NCBI GenBank assembly: GCA_951406725.2
Contig: OX597815.1
Location: 146,506,001-146,570,000, forward strand
Reading direction: 5' to 3'
Length of the DNA stretch: 64,000 nucleotides
From: Octopus vulgaris
Lineage: Eukaryota
This document shows, piece by piece, positions 1 to 10,789 of the stretch. The notes beneath the pieces were generated by a model, which searched no databases, was not told the origin of the DNA, and saw only the letters and a list, made by a program, of their open reading frames with translations. The position numbers were made by a program, and so were the translations under genes. The number at the start of each line of letters is the position of its first letter. Position 1 is the stretch's first letter.

Positions 1-410
1 CCCCGCTTCTATGCTTCATAATCTGTAATCGATCACGAAGATAATAATAATAATGATGATGATGATGATGATAGTTATAGTAATAACTATAATAGCAACA
101 AGAACAATAGACATGATGATAAAAATCCTCATTATCAATATCATCATTATCACCAACATTACAACCGTCATAAACCTCTTCCCTGTACTCCACTTCTTCG
201 ATATTCCCCTCCTCCTACTGCTCCTTCTCTTGCTCCTCCTCCTCCTCCTTATCATCATCATCCTCATTACGATCGTAAATATCACCAGTACCCACCGTTA
301 CCACAGCCACTAACAATACTATCATCTTCCTTGTCGTCACTGGCATTTCAGACGTCTCCTTTTCATCTTTCTCTGTACATTATATATATAATGTACAGAA
401 AAAAAATATA

Positions 411-856
411 TTTCTTTTATTTCTTTTACTTGTTTCAATCATTTGACCACGGCCACACTGGAGCAGCGCATTAAAGGGGTTTAGTCGAAGAAATCGATCT
501 CAGGTCTTATTCTTCCTAAGCTTAGTACGTATTCTACCAGTCTTTTACGCCCAACCGGTAAGTTATGGGAGACATAAACACACCACATCGGCGTGGTGGT
601 AGTGGTGGTGGTGGTGGTGGGAACAATCACACACAAGCATAGACATATATATATACATATATATGTATGTGTGTGTGAGTGTATATATATATACGACGAG
701 CTTCTTTCAGTCTCCGTCTACCAAATCAACTCCCAAGGCTTTGGTCTGCCCGAGGCTATAGTAGAAAACATTTGCCCAGGGTTTCACAGACATAAGACTG
801 AACTCAGAACCATGTGGTTGGATAGGAAACTTCTACCACACAGCCACACCTGTACC
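411..856 (-). mobile_element. tRNA-derived SINE, family A (CORE-like), diverged near full-length copy
   Basis: Reverse complement aligns with the intact copy at 9824-10210: head AGGTGTGGCTGTGTGGTAGAAG, central CCTGGGCAAATGTTTTCTACTATAGCC, tail GAAACAAGTAAAAGAA. Confidence 0.85.
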
Positions 857-1513
857 TATATAAATAAATATATATATAGGTTTTATCAATTCCAGATATT
901 TGGTCAGGGACCTTCAGTTATGTAACGTGTGTGTGCGTGTGTGCGTGAGTGCGTACGTGTATGTAATTATTAGACAATTTTGTCTTCTACTGTCACATCT
1001 GTGGAATCATGCTGCGATACATGATATTAGACGCAGCTAAAAGACAAACTCCGTATTGCTGCTCCTAATCGTATTTTATCTTCTACTGCTGTGCCGATAG
1101 TTTAATCCGATTTTGCCTTCTATCAACTTTATATTAACCCCTGCTGATGTTTGCTTATGGCAACAACGATCTCGTCAATAATAATAAGAAAAAATTACTG
1201 CCTGCCTTATATTCAATAATCAATAACATTTAAGACGTTTTTCCAATTATATATAATCGATAAATTACTATTGACCCTGGAATGAGTATAGCAACCCAAA
1301 AACGAAGAAAAAAAGAATGCAAAAGAATCAAATACACAAATATTTCAAAGACTTTCCCTTCCGCCCTCTCTTTCCTTCTCTGTTTATCCGTCACACACAC
1401 ACGCACGCATACGTGCGCGCGCATACACCCACTGTCTCTGTCTGTCTGTCTCTCTATATATAGGTATAGAAACGAATATATATATATATATATGTATGCA
1501 TATATACATACAT

Positions 1514-1582
<69 letters not shown>

Positions 1583-1649
1583 ACATTTATTCTTTTATTC
1601 TTTTACTCGTTTCAACTGCGGTCATGCTGGAGCACCACCGTGTTTTATT

Positions 1650-2027
1650 TAACTCACTCCGACTGTGATGTTTCACATCACTAATCCTGTACGCGCCCTT
1701 GTCTTAGCTGTTGGTCTATTTGTCCTAGAAGGGAACTTGATTCCGTTGCCCTTGTCTGCACCTCATATCGTGCTGTTGTTTCATCCGATATTGTGGGGAG
1801 GAGAATGTCTAGTTCCTTTTTGAAGTCATCTACTTCTACCTTTTGCAGATTTCTTAACTTTTGTGGCAGGGCATTGAAGACTGTTGCAGTAACACGCCCT
1901 GAATAGAGATAGAGTGGATGGTAGCTTTAGTACAATACAATTGCGGCCAGTTGTGGCATTTGTATGACATTGAATGCCGAAATTAGGTAGTAGCCGTTGT
2001 AGAATTTTCCATATGTAGATTATACCA
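1650..2027 (-). mobile_element. CR1/L2/Jockey-type LINE ORF2 C-terminal fragment
   Basis: Minus translation IIYIWKILQRLLPNFGIQCHTNATTGRNCIV then, after frameshifts, VFNALPQKLRNL..DDFK..LD. Homologous to 3925-4349. Confidence 0.75.

Positions 2028-2028
<1 letters not shown>

Positions 2029-2123
<95 letters not shown>
2029..2123. repeat. (CA)n microsatellite (others at 1514-1570, 4590-4686, 13048-13098, 47590-47652)
   Basis: Seen directly. Confidence 0.98.
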
Positions 2124-2124
<1 letters not shown>

Positions 2125-2614
2125 ATATTTTCATATTCTAAATTCTGTCACCTGCTGCACAGTTGCTATATCAAGACGTATAACATATAACTTGGAAACA
2201 ATTGCTGTTCAATATCCTAGCGTCACCGTAACTGGTTAAGTGTATGCCGAAGTTCTCTCAAGGCTTTATATTAGGCTCTCCATTACCTAAAACCATATTT
2301 TGAAGATGTTTCTCTTCTGATGGTTTCCTCACATTAACCAGCAGATCATGAGAAGCGAGCGAATCTTTTCAATCCCGTATTTTACACTTGCTTAGGCGAT
2401 CACACGATTGAATACTCACACACCAGTAGATTTTCAATATTATTCGACCGGTATTTATCCACATGACCGAAAATTCATCTTACTCGATTACGGCTACACT
2501 GCGTGTTGGTTTATATATATATATTCAAAACGCATGCGCACTTGTATATAGATGAACGCCACCACCACCACCACTATCAACAAAAAGAACAGCAACAACA
2601 ACAACTACTACTCG

Positions 2615-2825
2615 TTTCAAATTTAGCCACAGTGTGACTAACAGTTTTGAGGCAGAGCGTAAGTCGATTACATCGACCACAGCGTTCAACTGGTACTTAA
2701 TTTATTTACCGCGAAAAGATGAAAAGCAAAGTCAATTTCGGCGGAATTTGATCTCAGAACGAGAAGACGTTCGGAATGCTGCTAAGCATTTTATCCATCA
2801 TGTTAAGGATTCTGTTGCCTTGTCG
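2615..2825 (-). mobile_element. tRNA-derived SINE, family B, diverged
   Basis: GTCGATTACATCGAC...AACTGGTACTT...GAAAAGATGAAAAGCAAAGTC...GGCGGAATTTGA matches the other family B copies. Confidence 0.8.
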
Positions 2826-3216
2826 AATTAATAATACTAACAACAACAGCAGCAGCAACGACAACAACAACATGTTAATACATGGAATATTCGCTCCATT
2901 TACTTCTTGAGACCTGCTTAAAGGCGCCATCTTTTTGAAACACTTAAAGAGTATTTATCCAAGAATATTAGATAGACAGAATAAGCAGAGTTATTTTAAT
3001 ATAGTCACAACCTAATATTGTTCTTTTCATATGTGTGATATACTCTTAGACTTTTTTTCACATCAATGTCTATAATACTAGACAATAAGTATATTTCTTA
3101 TCTCTCTGAGTTTTTAGCTGAAGTTTACTATACTAAGATGAATATCTCGTGGCACATATTCTCTATGTATGTAAAATACTATCTCTTTGAACGTGTTATA
3201 AGCACAAATGTGTGTA

Positions 3217-3256
<40 letters not shown>

Positions 3257-3924
3257 TAGATATGTGTGCATCTATAATTATGACTATATGTATAAGCCCG
3301 TGTGTGTACAGAATACAAGAATACACAATGTGAGTTATTGTTAAAGAACATAAGAGCGAGAAAGAGATCGACAAACGTATTTATATAATTATTCAGTAAA
3401 GTCTTCATAGAAATATTTCGAATAACTGATACGACATTTACAATATCAGATTTAAGACTAATGTATCAATGAAGATAACTGGGATATAGGATATAAGTTA
3501 TAGTGATTTAGTAACAGGATTTCAGTGTTAACATGTGCTTTTGAAATTTTGTAATATAATTGAAATTGTTGAAAAACAAATTACAAGCATAATGTTAGAT
3601 GTACTCGTAAAATTTGTTGTTGCTCCAAGTTTTCCTAATTCCATCGAAGTGATATCAAAGAATTTCCAGATATGACTGTGCTGTGCTATTAAGTGTAAGA
3701 TTTCATTCGGTTACTTATGACGACGGGTCATGATCTCGAATTGAACTGGCTCCTATATCTAATACGTCGAGTGGCATAGTCCACAGAAATCTTCGGATAT
3801 GTCATTAAAATGTTTACTAGATCGCAAATATGATGTAATAAAAATAGTTCAATTGATCGTTCTGTAATAAACATAGGTATCTTTATTTTTTTAAAAATCT
3901 TTTTCAGCTCAAAACTTTGGTTAT

Positions 3925-4349
3925 GCTGGGGCTACCGCCGTTTTGCTACACTGTTATTATCGAGAGTCCCTTCTGATATGTGGCATTTGTTGAATAAAGG
4001 AATTTGATGTAACTGCCCACATTTGCGGCTCCTCCTGCAAAGTAAGTTCATCTGGGCCCCTCGACAGGAAGAGATATAGTTTTGGTTTCAAAATACCTAC
4101 AACCACTTTGTGTAGGTCCCTCAGGATTTTTGGGAGAATATTAAAAAAGAAAAACCTATGGGCCCTTGAAACCAAGGCTGTTGCAGTAACTCGTTCTGAA
4201 GCGCGACGTCATTGTTGGGTTTTGGGCACTGTGCAATGGTGACACGTCTTGGCATTTGTGTAGCTTTCAAAGCCGCCAAAATTTGGCACAATCTCTTCCA
4301 GGATCTTCCAGATTTATATTACTGCATAGCTGCCTCGCCTTTGCTCCAG
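3925..4349 (-). mobile_element. CR1/L2/Jockey-type LINE ORF2 3' end fragment
   Basis: Minus translation LEQRRGSYAVI*IWKILEEIVPNFGGFESYTNAKTCHHCTVP...FNILPKILRDLHKV..LFLSRGPDE..NSFIQQ, a typical ORF2 C-terminus. Confidence 0.8.
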
Positions 4350-4586
4350 GATTATTGGCAGCATTCACCAACTCAAATAAAGTGACCGTCCAGAAGAGTT
4401 GCAAAAGATTCCAAAGTCGCCTGGAGGCCTTGGTCGATGACAATGGCGATTTTATTGAATGTATTTGCTGTTTAATATTTCAAGAAATTATTATGCAATT
4501 TTGGCAAATATATCTGTTAAAATGAGATGTCAGTGTTATTTTCATTTTTGCGTGATTTAGACGACAGTTTATTCAAGGCACCCTGA
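4350..4586 (+). mobile_element. Tc1/mariner transposase C-terminal remnant with right TIR
   Basis: AAFTNSNKVTVQKSCKRFQSRLEALVDDNGDFIE resembles the ITm C-terminus (RL..V...G..IE). The fragment ends in CACCCTG, a typical ITm terminus. Confidence 0.75.
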
Positions 4587-4594
4587 TACACACG

Positions 4595-4687
<93 letters not shown>

Positions 4688-5470
4688 TCCCAGAATTAAA
4701 TAATTAGATGTTTCCCTATAACGTTTGATTGTACCAATTATACCATAATATAAACTGAAGTATAAATAAAGTATATCAGAAGCAGGTGTCTTCGTTTGGC
4801 CAGAAGCATGAATTTTGAGAAACTCCTGTGTGAAATTTTCGTGATTACTTTTAAGACTTTACTGTCGATATTTTTATTGGGGATGTATAAGCAATTTTCA
4901 TTCCCTCATATGTAACCTTGTGTAAATGGAATTGCTTTGTGTTTTAGGATTCAGGGAACTCAAAGTACTGATAGGTAGCTTGCGTTTAGCACTAGATACT
5001 AACAAACCAGATTTTATATATACTGTAAAATAAAGTGAGGAAAATATCTATGCAAATTAGACGAAAGGGGTCCGTATAAAGATAAGGGACAAACCTTGAA
5101 AACGTTTGTACATCAAAGCATCAAAAGGTGATATTAATCAAGTGTTTTGTGACTATCTGAGGAGAGAGAATCGAACAATATAGTATCCATTCTGTTAAAT
5201 TTAACTGGTGGCAAACGGTAGAGAGAAATGCACACGAGTATCATTTCGGCTCATTACTTTTAGAAACATAATTTCTTTTGTGGTTTGAGAAACGTTCTTC
5301 TCATAATGTGATTGCTTGGCATATTTTTTTATACAGTATATTAGCAATAAACGCATTTCTGGTTCATAACACGAATACTGTATTGTTTCTGCAATGGAAA
5401 CTGTGGTAGCTATCAGTCAAGGTTCAATTCTGAATGAAATGCAATTGGCAACTTGTCAGTTAGGTTTTAT

Positions 5471-5601
5471 TTCTTCTTCTTCTTCTTCTTCTTCTTCTTC
5501 TTCTTCTTCTTCTTCTTCTTCTTCTTCTTCTTCTTCTTCTTCTTCTTCTTCTTCTTCTTCTTCTTCTTCTTCTTCTTCTTCTTCGTCTTCTTCTTCTTCT
5601 T
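5471..5601. repeat. (TTC)n microsatellite
   Basis: Seen directly. It is the source of the poly-S/F/K ORFs. Confidence 0.98.
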
Positions 5602-5785
5602 GCGAGCTAGCAGAGTAGTTAGCACACTGAACAAAGTGTTATGTGCAATTTCGTCAGTCTTCACGTTTAGAAATCGAATTCCGCCGGGGTCGACTTTACA
5701 TTTCATCCTTTCGGGGTCGATAAATTCAGTACCAGTTACCAGTGAAACACTGGGATCCGTGTAATTGACTAGTCCCCTCTAGCTG
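5602..5785 (+). mobile_element. tRNA-derived SINE, family B
   Basis: Head GCGAGCTAGCAGAGTAGTTAGCA, B-box-like TCGAATTCCGCC, central TTTCATCCTTTCGGGGTCGATAAA..AGTACCAG resembling a Meta/Nin-type SINE central domain. Confidence 0.8.
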
Positions 5786-6755
5786 ATTTTTTTTTTATAT
5801 AAAACATCAGCCATCCACAGCGAGCAGACTAAGGTGACTCTTGTTTATTGATCATGTTTAACAAAACACTTCCAGAAATCTTTTGCGGTCTGAAGATGAT
5901 TTTTGTAGGTGTTTAAATCTTTACATTTGTACCAATCTCCAGGTGTTGATCTTTCCTTCCTTAATCCTTCTATATTAATTCAGGTGTGTTTCGTTATTAC
6001 TGATGATGATGATGATCATCATCATCATCAGCATCATCATCATCACCATCTCTTATTTTTATTATAATTATAATAAAAAAAATTATTATGATTATTATTA
6101 TTTATAACTCACGCCATACAACACTACTGTTATAATCTCGCTTATCGATTCATGACAATAACATCTGTAAATTCTCATCGTTCTCTTCCTTTAGTTTCGT
6201 ACATATTTCACATAATTCAACGATATGTGTATGTACAGATATGTCTTTCTCTCTCTCCCCCTCGATGAAGAAGGTACCACTGGAGTTCTTAAGCAATGTA
6301 ATCAACTCCCAAAAATGTCTGATCTTGAGCCAAAATATTTAACAGGATGATTAATAGGGTCGTAGTAGTAGTATTGAATTTTTCTTCATTAAAGGCAAAA
6401 ACGTTTTTTCATTCCACCTGCCTGCTAGTATCAGATTGTTGGCTCATTTTTCAGCATTTATTAGAACCAAATGTTACGCCAGACAGCGAGGGATTATCTA
6501 TGAAATGCGTTGATGCTATAATAAGAGAAAGTAAATCACGTTTAATCACATACTACTGTCTTCAAAAGTGAAGGACACACTTCATAGGGTAGACATATTG
6601 ATACTATATGGGAAAAAGGGGATAAATGGGAATTGTCCTGGTTGGAGGGACTTTCATCACATTGGTTGTACATAGATGACCCAAGCTTTCCCAATTACAA
6701 GAAGTTCGAATGCTACATATTATTAACATACACACACGCGCGCAATATATAAATT

Positions 6756-6930
6756 CCATGCTGGAGCACCGCCTTTAATCGATCAAATCGACCCCAGGAC
6801 TTATTCTTTGTAAGCCTAGTACTTATTCTATTGGTCTCCTTTGACGAACTGCTAAGTTACGGGGACATAAACACACCAGCATCGGTTGTCAAGCGATGTT
6901 GGGGGAAAACACAGACACACAAACACACAA
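6756..6930 (-). mobile_element. SINE family A, 3' half (split from 8620-8758 by a PLE insertion)
   Basis: CCATGCTGGAGCACCGCC...ACACCAGCATCGGTTGTCAAGCGATG is the reverse complement of about 10000-10170. Confidence 0.85.
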
Positions 6931-6956
<26 letters not shown>

Positions 6957-6963
<7 letters not shown>

Positions 6964-7668
6964 ACGTCACTAATTGACAATGGGATCCAACGCGCCCTAA
7001 AACTCCGCACACAGGAACTTAGACGCCCTAAACCTGTTACATCGAAACCCCATACTCTACCATACATCTCTACACACAACCCCCTCAACAATGAAGCTTT
7101 TGACACCATCCTCCAGAACATTTCTGTATTAAAAAAGGACCATAGAATGAACCAAATCCTCCTAACACACGAAATCATAAAGAGCAAAAGGCAACCCAAA
7201 TCATTGAAAACCATCCTAACAAATGCCAAAGTACTGTCAACCACAACAACTAAACCCACAGTAAACAAATGCAATAGACCCAACTGTGGTATATGCATCA
7301 ACCTAATAGAAGGTCTGGAATTCCTTTTTAAACAAGGACAACGTTTCACAGTAAAACACAACTTCACATGCGCATCAGAAAACCTAGTATATGACTTAAC
7401 TTGCTCGGGCTGTAATGAACACTACATAGGCCAAACTAAAAATAGCCTCCGCCAACGCATGACTGTCCACAGATCCCAAATAAAAATACAGGAATACAGA
7501 AAAATAGCACTTAGTGCACATATTGATACCTGTGCCGCACAACTTCATCCCAATTTTAGAATCTTTCCCCTCTACAAATTTAAAGACAATGCCACTCATA
7601 CCCAGCGAATAACCATGGAATCCCACCTTATTAATAAATACAGACCACTTCTAAACACATCCCCCTAA
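6957..7668 (+). pseudogene. PLE ORF C-terminal fragment: RT thumb/linker, Cys motif and GIY-YIG endonuclease (no RT core, no real start)
   Basis: LPYISTHNP..KSKRQPKSLKTIL linker, CNRPNCGIC, NLVYDLTCSGCNEHYIGQTKNSLRQRMTVHR, ESHLINKYRPLLN. The N-terminal 23 aa of ORF 6886 are SINE and (TA)n sequence. Confidence 0.9.
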
Positions 7669-8489
7669 CACGAACCCACAACAAACACACTTACACCTGC
7701 ACACACCCTACACACACTTTTACCCAGATATTAACACCATGACACACGCAAATATATGGTTCCACACGTACACATAATTGGATACGGGTGCAAAACATCA
7801 AACACTATTTTTTGGAAATGACTGTAAATATTGACTTCACACAAACACGTTGCTTCCCGATACAGGCACAAGGCCAGCAGAACTATAAATATTGAAAATT
7901 GTACCCACACACGCACACATATATACACGCGCGCGCGCCCCAACATGCATAGAAACACACACACACACACACACGCGCGCGCGCACACATACATACATAT
8001 AGCCCTTCCTGTCCTAAACGAACTTACTTATCCAGCTCAAATTCAGTCAAGCAGAAAATACACTCCCTAACTACGCGCTAAAAAGCTATTTAAAATATCC
8101 ACATGACGTCTACTGACCAGCCTGAGCAATAAGAATTTTCAACAACGCTATTTTCGAAATTCTAAACATTCACATGACCTCTCTATTATGACCACATCCA
8201 CGTGACCTCTTTATTATGACCCATAAGAAATTTTAGGCGCGACACTAGCCAAATTTAAACTTCTCTGGAGCCTTTTTTCTTACCCTAACACCAACTTCCA
8301 TTCAAATATTCACGTGACCCCTTCATAATGACCAATCAAAATTGTATTGACCATTGTCCACAAGAAATTTTAGGCGCGAAACCAAGCAAATCTTAAACAA
8401 CTCTGGAGCCTCTTTTTTCACATATAAGAGACAGCAAACCCAACATAAAGTCAGATAAGAGGAAAAAATCTATCAGAAAGGAACTCTAA

Positions 8490-8529
8490 TCTTTTGATAA
8501 GCATAACAAATGCGCAACCGGTAAAAAGA
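8490..8529 (+). ncRNA. Degenerate minimal hammerhead ribozyme in PLE 3' region
   Basis: tctt-TTGATAA-gcat(aacaa)atgc-GCAA-ccggta-aaaaga versus consensus CUGANGA-stemII-GAAA, with palindromic ACCGGT at the helix III position. Confidence 0.55.
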
Positions 8530-8619
8530 ACTTTCACCTAATTAAATTACTTAAATTACTTAAATTATTTTGTCAGCATTTTCTTCATTTCCTTTTTTAT
8601 ATATATTTATATATATATG

Positions 8620-8756
8620 CGACGGGCTTCTTTCATTTTCCGTCTACCAAATCCACTACGTAGTAGAAGACACTTGCCCAAGGTGCCACGCAGTATTACT
8701 GAACCCAGATCCATGTGGTTGGTAAGCAAGCTACTTACCGCACAGCCACTCCTGCG

Positions 8757-8758
<2 letters not shown>
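8620..8758 (-). mobile_element. SINE family A, 5' half (internally deleted)
   Basis: Reverse complement GGCGCAGGAGTGGCTGTGCGGTAAGTAGCTTGC...GTGGCACCTTGGGCAAGTGTCTTCTACTA. Confidence 0.88.
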
Positions 8759-8788
<30 letters not shown>

Positions 8789-8792
<4 letters not shown>

Positions 8793-9173
8793 AAATAAGG
8801 AAATGGAGAAATACATCTTAATCAATAATCAACTACCAGATAATACCCAATCACATAATTTATTAAACCACTACATATGAACATTAAGCTAAAACATAAT
8901 AATATAGAACAAAACAATGTACATCAATGAGTAATAAGATACAATAAGTACAGTATGTATAAGTGAATATAACTAAATACAAATATAATTTATATTCACT
9001 TATACATACTGTACTTATTGTATCTTATTACTCATTGATGTATATTGTTTTGTTCTATATTATTATGGTTGACATTAATGTTCATATGTAGTGGTTTAAT
9101 AAATTATGTGATTGGGTATTATCTGGTAGTTGATTATTGATTAAAATGTATTTCTCCATTTCCTTATTTTGTA
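8789..9173. repeat. Long fold-back inverted repeat (arms about 184 bp, 17-nt spacer)
   Basis: 8789-8972 is the near-perfect reverse complement of 8990-9173. Confidence 0.95.
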
Positions 9174-9349
9174 TTATTAATTTGTGGTAAAACATTTTAC
9201 CTTTGCCCATATAATACAGTGAATGAATTAATTGCATCGCAATTCTTAACATTTATGTATTAACTTTGTTGGGTGCTTTACTAGCAGTATATTGGATACA
9301 TGTCATCCCATGGTGGGTTGCACTCACAACCCCTATCTCATTTTGTAAT

Positions 9350-9390
<41 letters not shown>

Positions 9391-9393
<3 letters not shown>

Positions 9394-9780
9394 AAAGGCC
9401 CTCAATGTTCGTTTCTTTGTCCTGTTTTTATTCTTTATGTGTACTGTATTTTTTTGTATTTGTATTTTTATTTTGTATTTGTATTTTTATTTGTATTGCT
9501 TTTACGTCCTGTTCTTGTCACGTTTTTCTTTCCTTGTTTTACCCCTCTGCAAAGGAATTGTATTTAATTCTTTCGCAGGAAGGACTCGTTCGACGGGTCG
9601 TGTTCTGTCCTTACCTTCGAAACACCCATGGAGTCGAACCAGGGACAGCTGATGAAGGGGAATATTCCTTGTATTGTTTGTCTTGTACTGTTTTTTCGTT
9701 GTTAAAAAAAGTCCGTTTCCATGTTTGTTTTTACGTTTTCGTTTCTCGTTGAGTTCTACGTCTATTTGTGGTGTCCTGTA

Positions 9781-9827
<47 letters not shown>

Positions 9828-10299
9828 CGCAGGAGTGGCTGTGTGGTAAGTAGCTTGCTAACCAACCACATGGTTCCGGGTTCAGTCCCACTGCGTGGCA
9901 TCTTGGGCAAGCGTCTTCTGCTATAGCCCCGGGCCGACCAATGCCTTGTGAGTGGATTTGGTAGACGGAAACTGAAAGAAGCCCGTCGTATATATGTATG
10001 TTTGTGTGTCTGTGTTTGTCCCCCTAGCATTGCTTGACAACTGATGCTGGTGTGTTTACGTCCCCGTCACTTAGCGGTTCGGCAAAAGAGACCGATAGAA
10101 TAAGTACTGGGCTTACAAAGAATAAGTTCCGGGGTCGATTTGCTTGACTAAAGGCGGTGCTCCAGCATGGCCGCAGTCAAATGACTGAAACAAGTAAAAG
10201 AGTAAAGAGTAATATATATATATATGCATGTATATATACATGTAGATGTAGGTACATACATATATGTATGTATGTATGTATACATATATTTTATTTATT

Positions 10300-10305
<6 letters not shown>
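9391..10305 (+). mobile_element. Short non-coding interspersed element (HHR-like motifs), interrupted by SINE A
   Basis: A second, internally deleted copy lies on the minus strand at 18850-19084. Homology continues on both sides of the SINE at 9824-10210. Confidence 0.7.
9824..10210 (+). mobile_element. tRNA-derived SINE family A, full-length (CORE-like)
   Basis: A-box-like GTGGCTGTGTGG, B-box-like GGTTCAGTCCC, CORE-like GTGGCATCTTGGGCAAGCGTCTT, tail AGTAAAAGAGTAAAGAGTAA. Sits in (TA)n. Confidence 0.9.
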
Positions 10306-10347
<42 letters not shown>

Positions 10348-10789
10348 CATACATATACAAACATGGGTATAGTGAAAAGATCATCCTTATCAGCATTGTA
10401 TTTAATTCGGCTTAACTTTACGGTGAAAGAAGCTTTTATGATTTTAGATGTCATGGTAACGTCACTTCAATTCATACACTTCCGTAATTCCCCCGTTTTC
10501 GATTTTTTAATTACTTTTATTGCCTTCCATTCATTATGAGAGAATTTCAGGTCTTATTGATATTGCAATTATTATTATAGCTGCAGTTTTGTCAACGCGT
10601 TATCATGCGAACGCCATTGTTGATTTCTGGATGGCTTTCCCTTCTATATATCACAATATAAATTACTAGAGATCATTAAAAGCTATTGAACATCAGAAAC
10701 ATATACCAATATAATTCCTTACCAAAAGAGGAAATATTTTGTATTATTTATCCTCCATAAAATATGTTTCATTATCTAATAGGAATTAC

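Larger units (their letters stand above)
6957..8600 (+). mobile_element. Penelope-like element, 5'-truncated (GIY-YIG ORF end plus 3' pseudo-LTR region)
   Basis: Contains a GIY-YIG ORF end, 3' internal direct repeats (about 8198-8290 and 8310-8420) and an HHR-like motif at 8490-8529. Flanked by (TA)n. Confidence 0.88.

Noticed and set aside
6886-7668. 260-aa ORF as an intact host or homing endonuclease gene
   Set aside because: The start lies in SINE and (TA)n sequence. The real part is the 3' end of a truncated PLE ORF with no RT core.
9585-9660. HDV-like ribozyme (P1 GTTCGAC/GTCGAAC, P2 CCTTC/GAAGG, CTGAT junction)
   Set aside because: P3/L3, P1.1 and P4 could not be built in the correct order by eye. 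Kept only as an alternative to the HHR reading.
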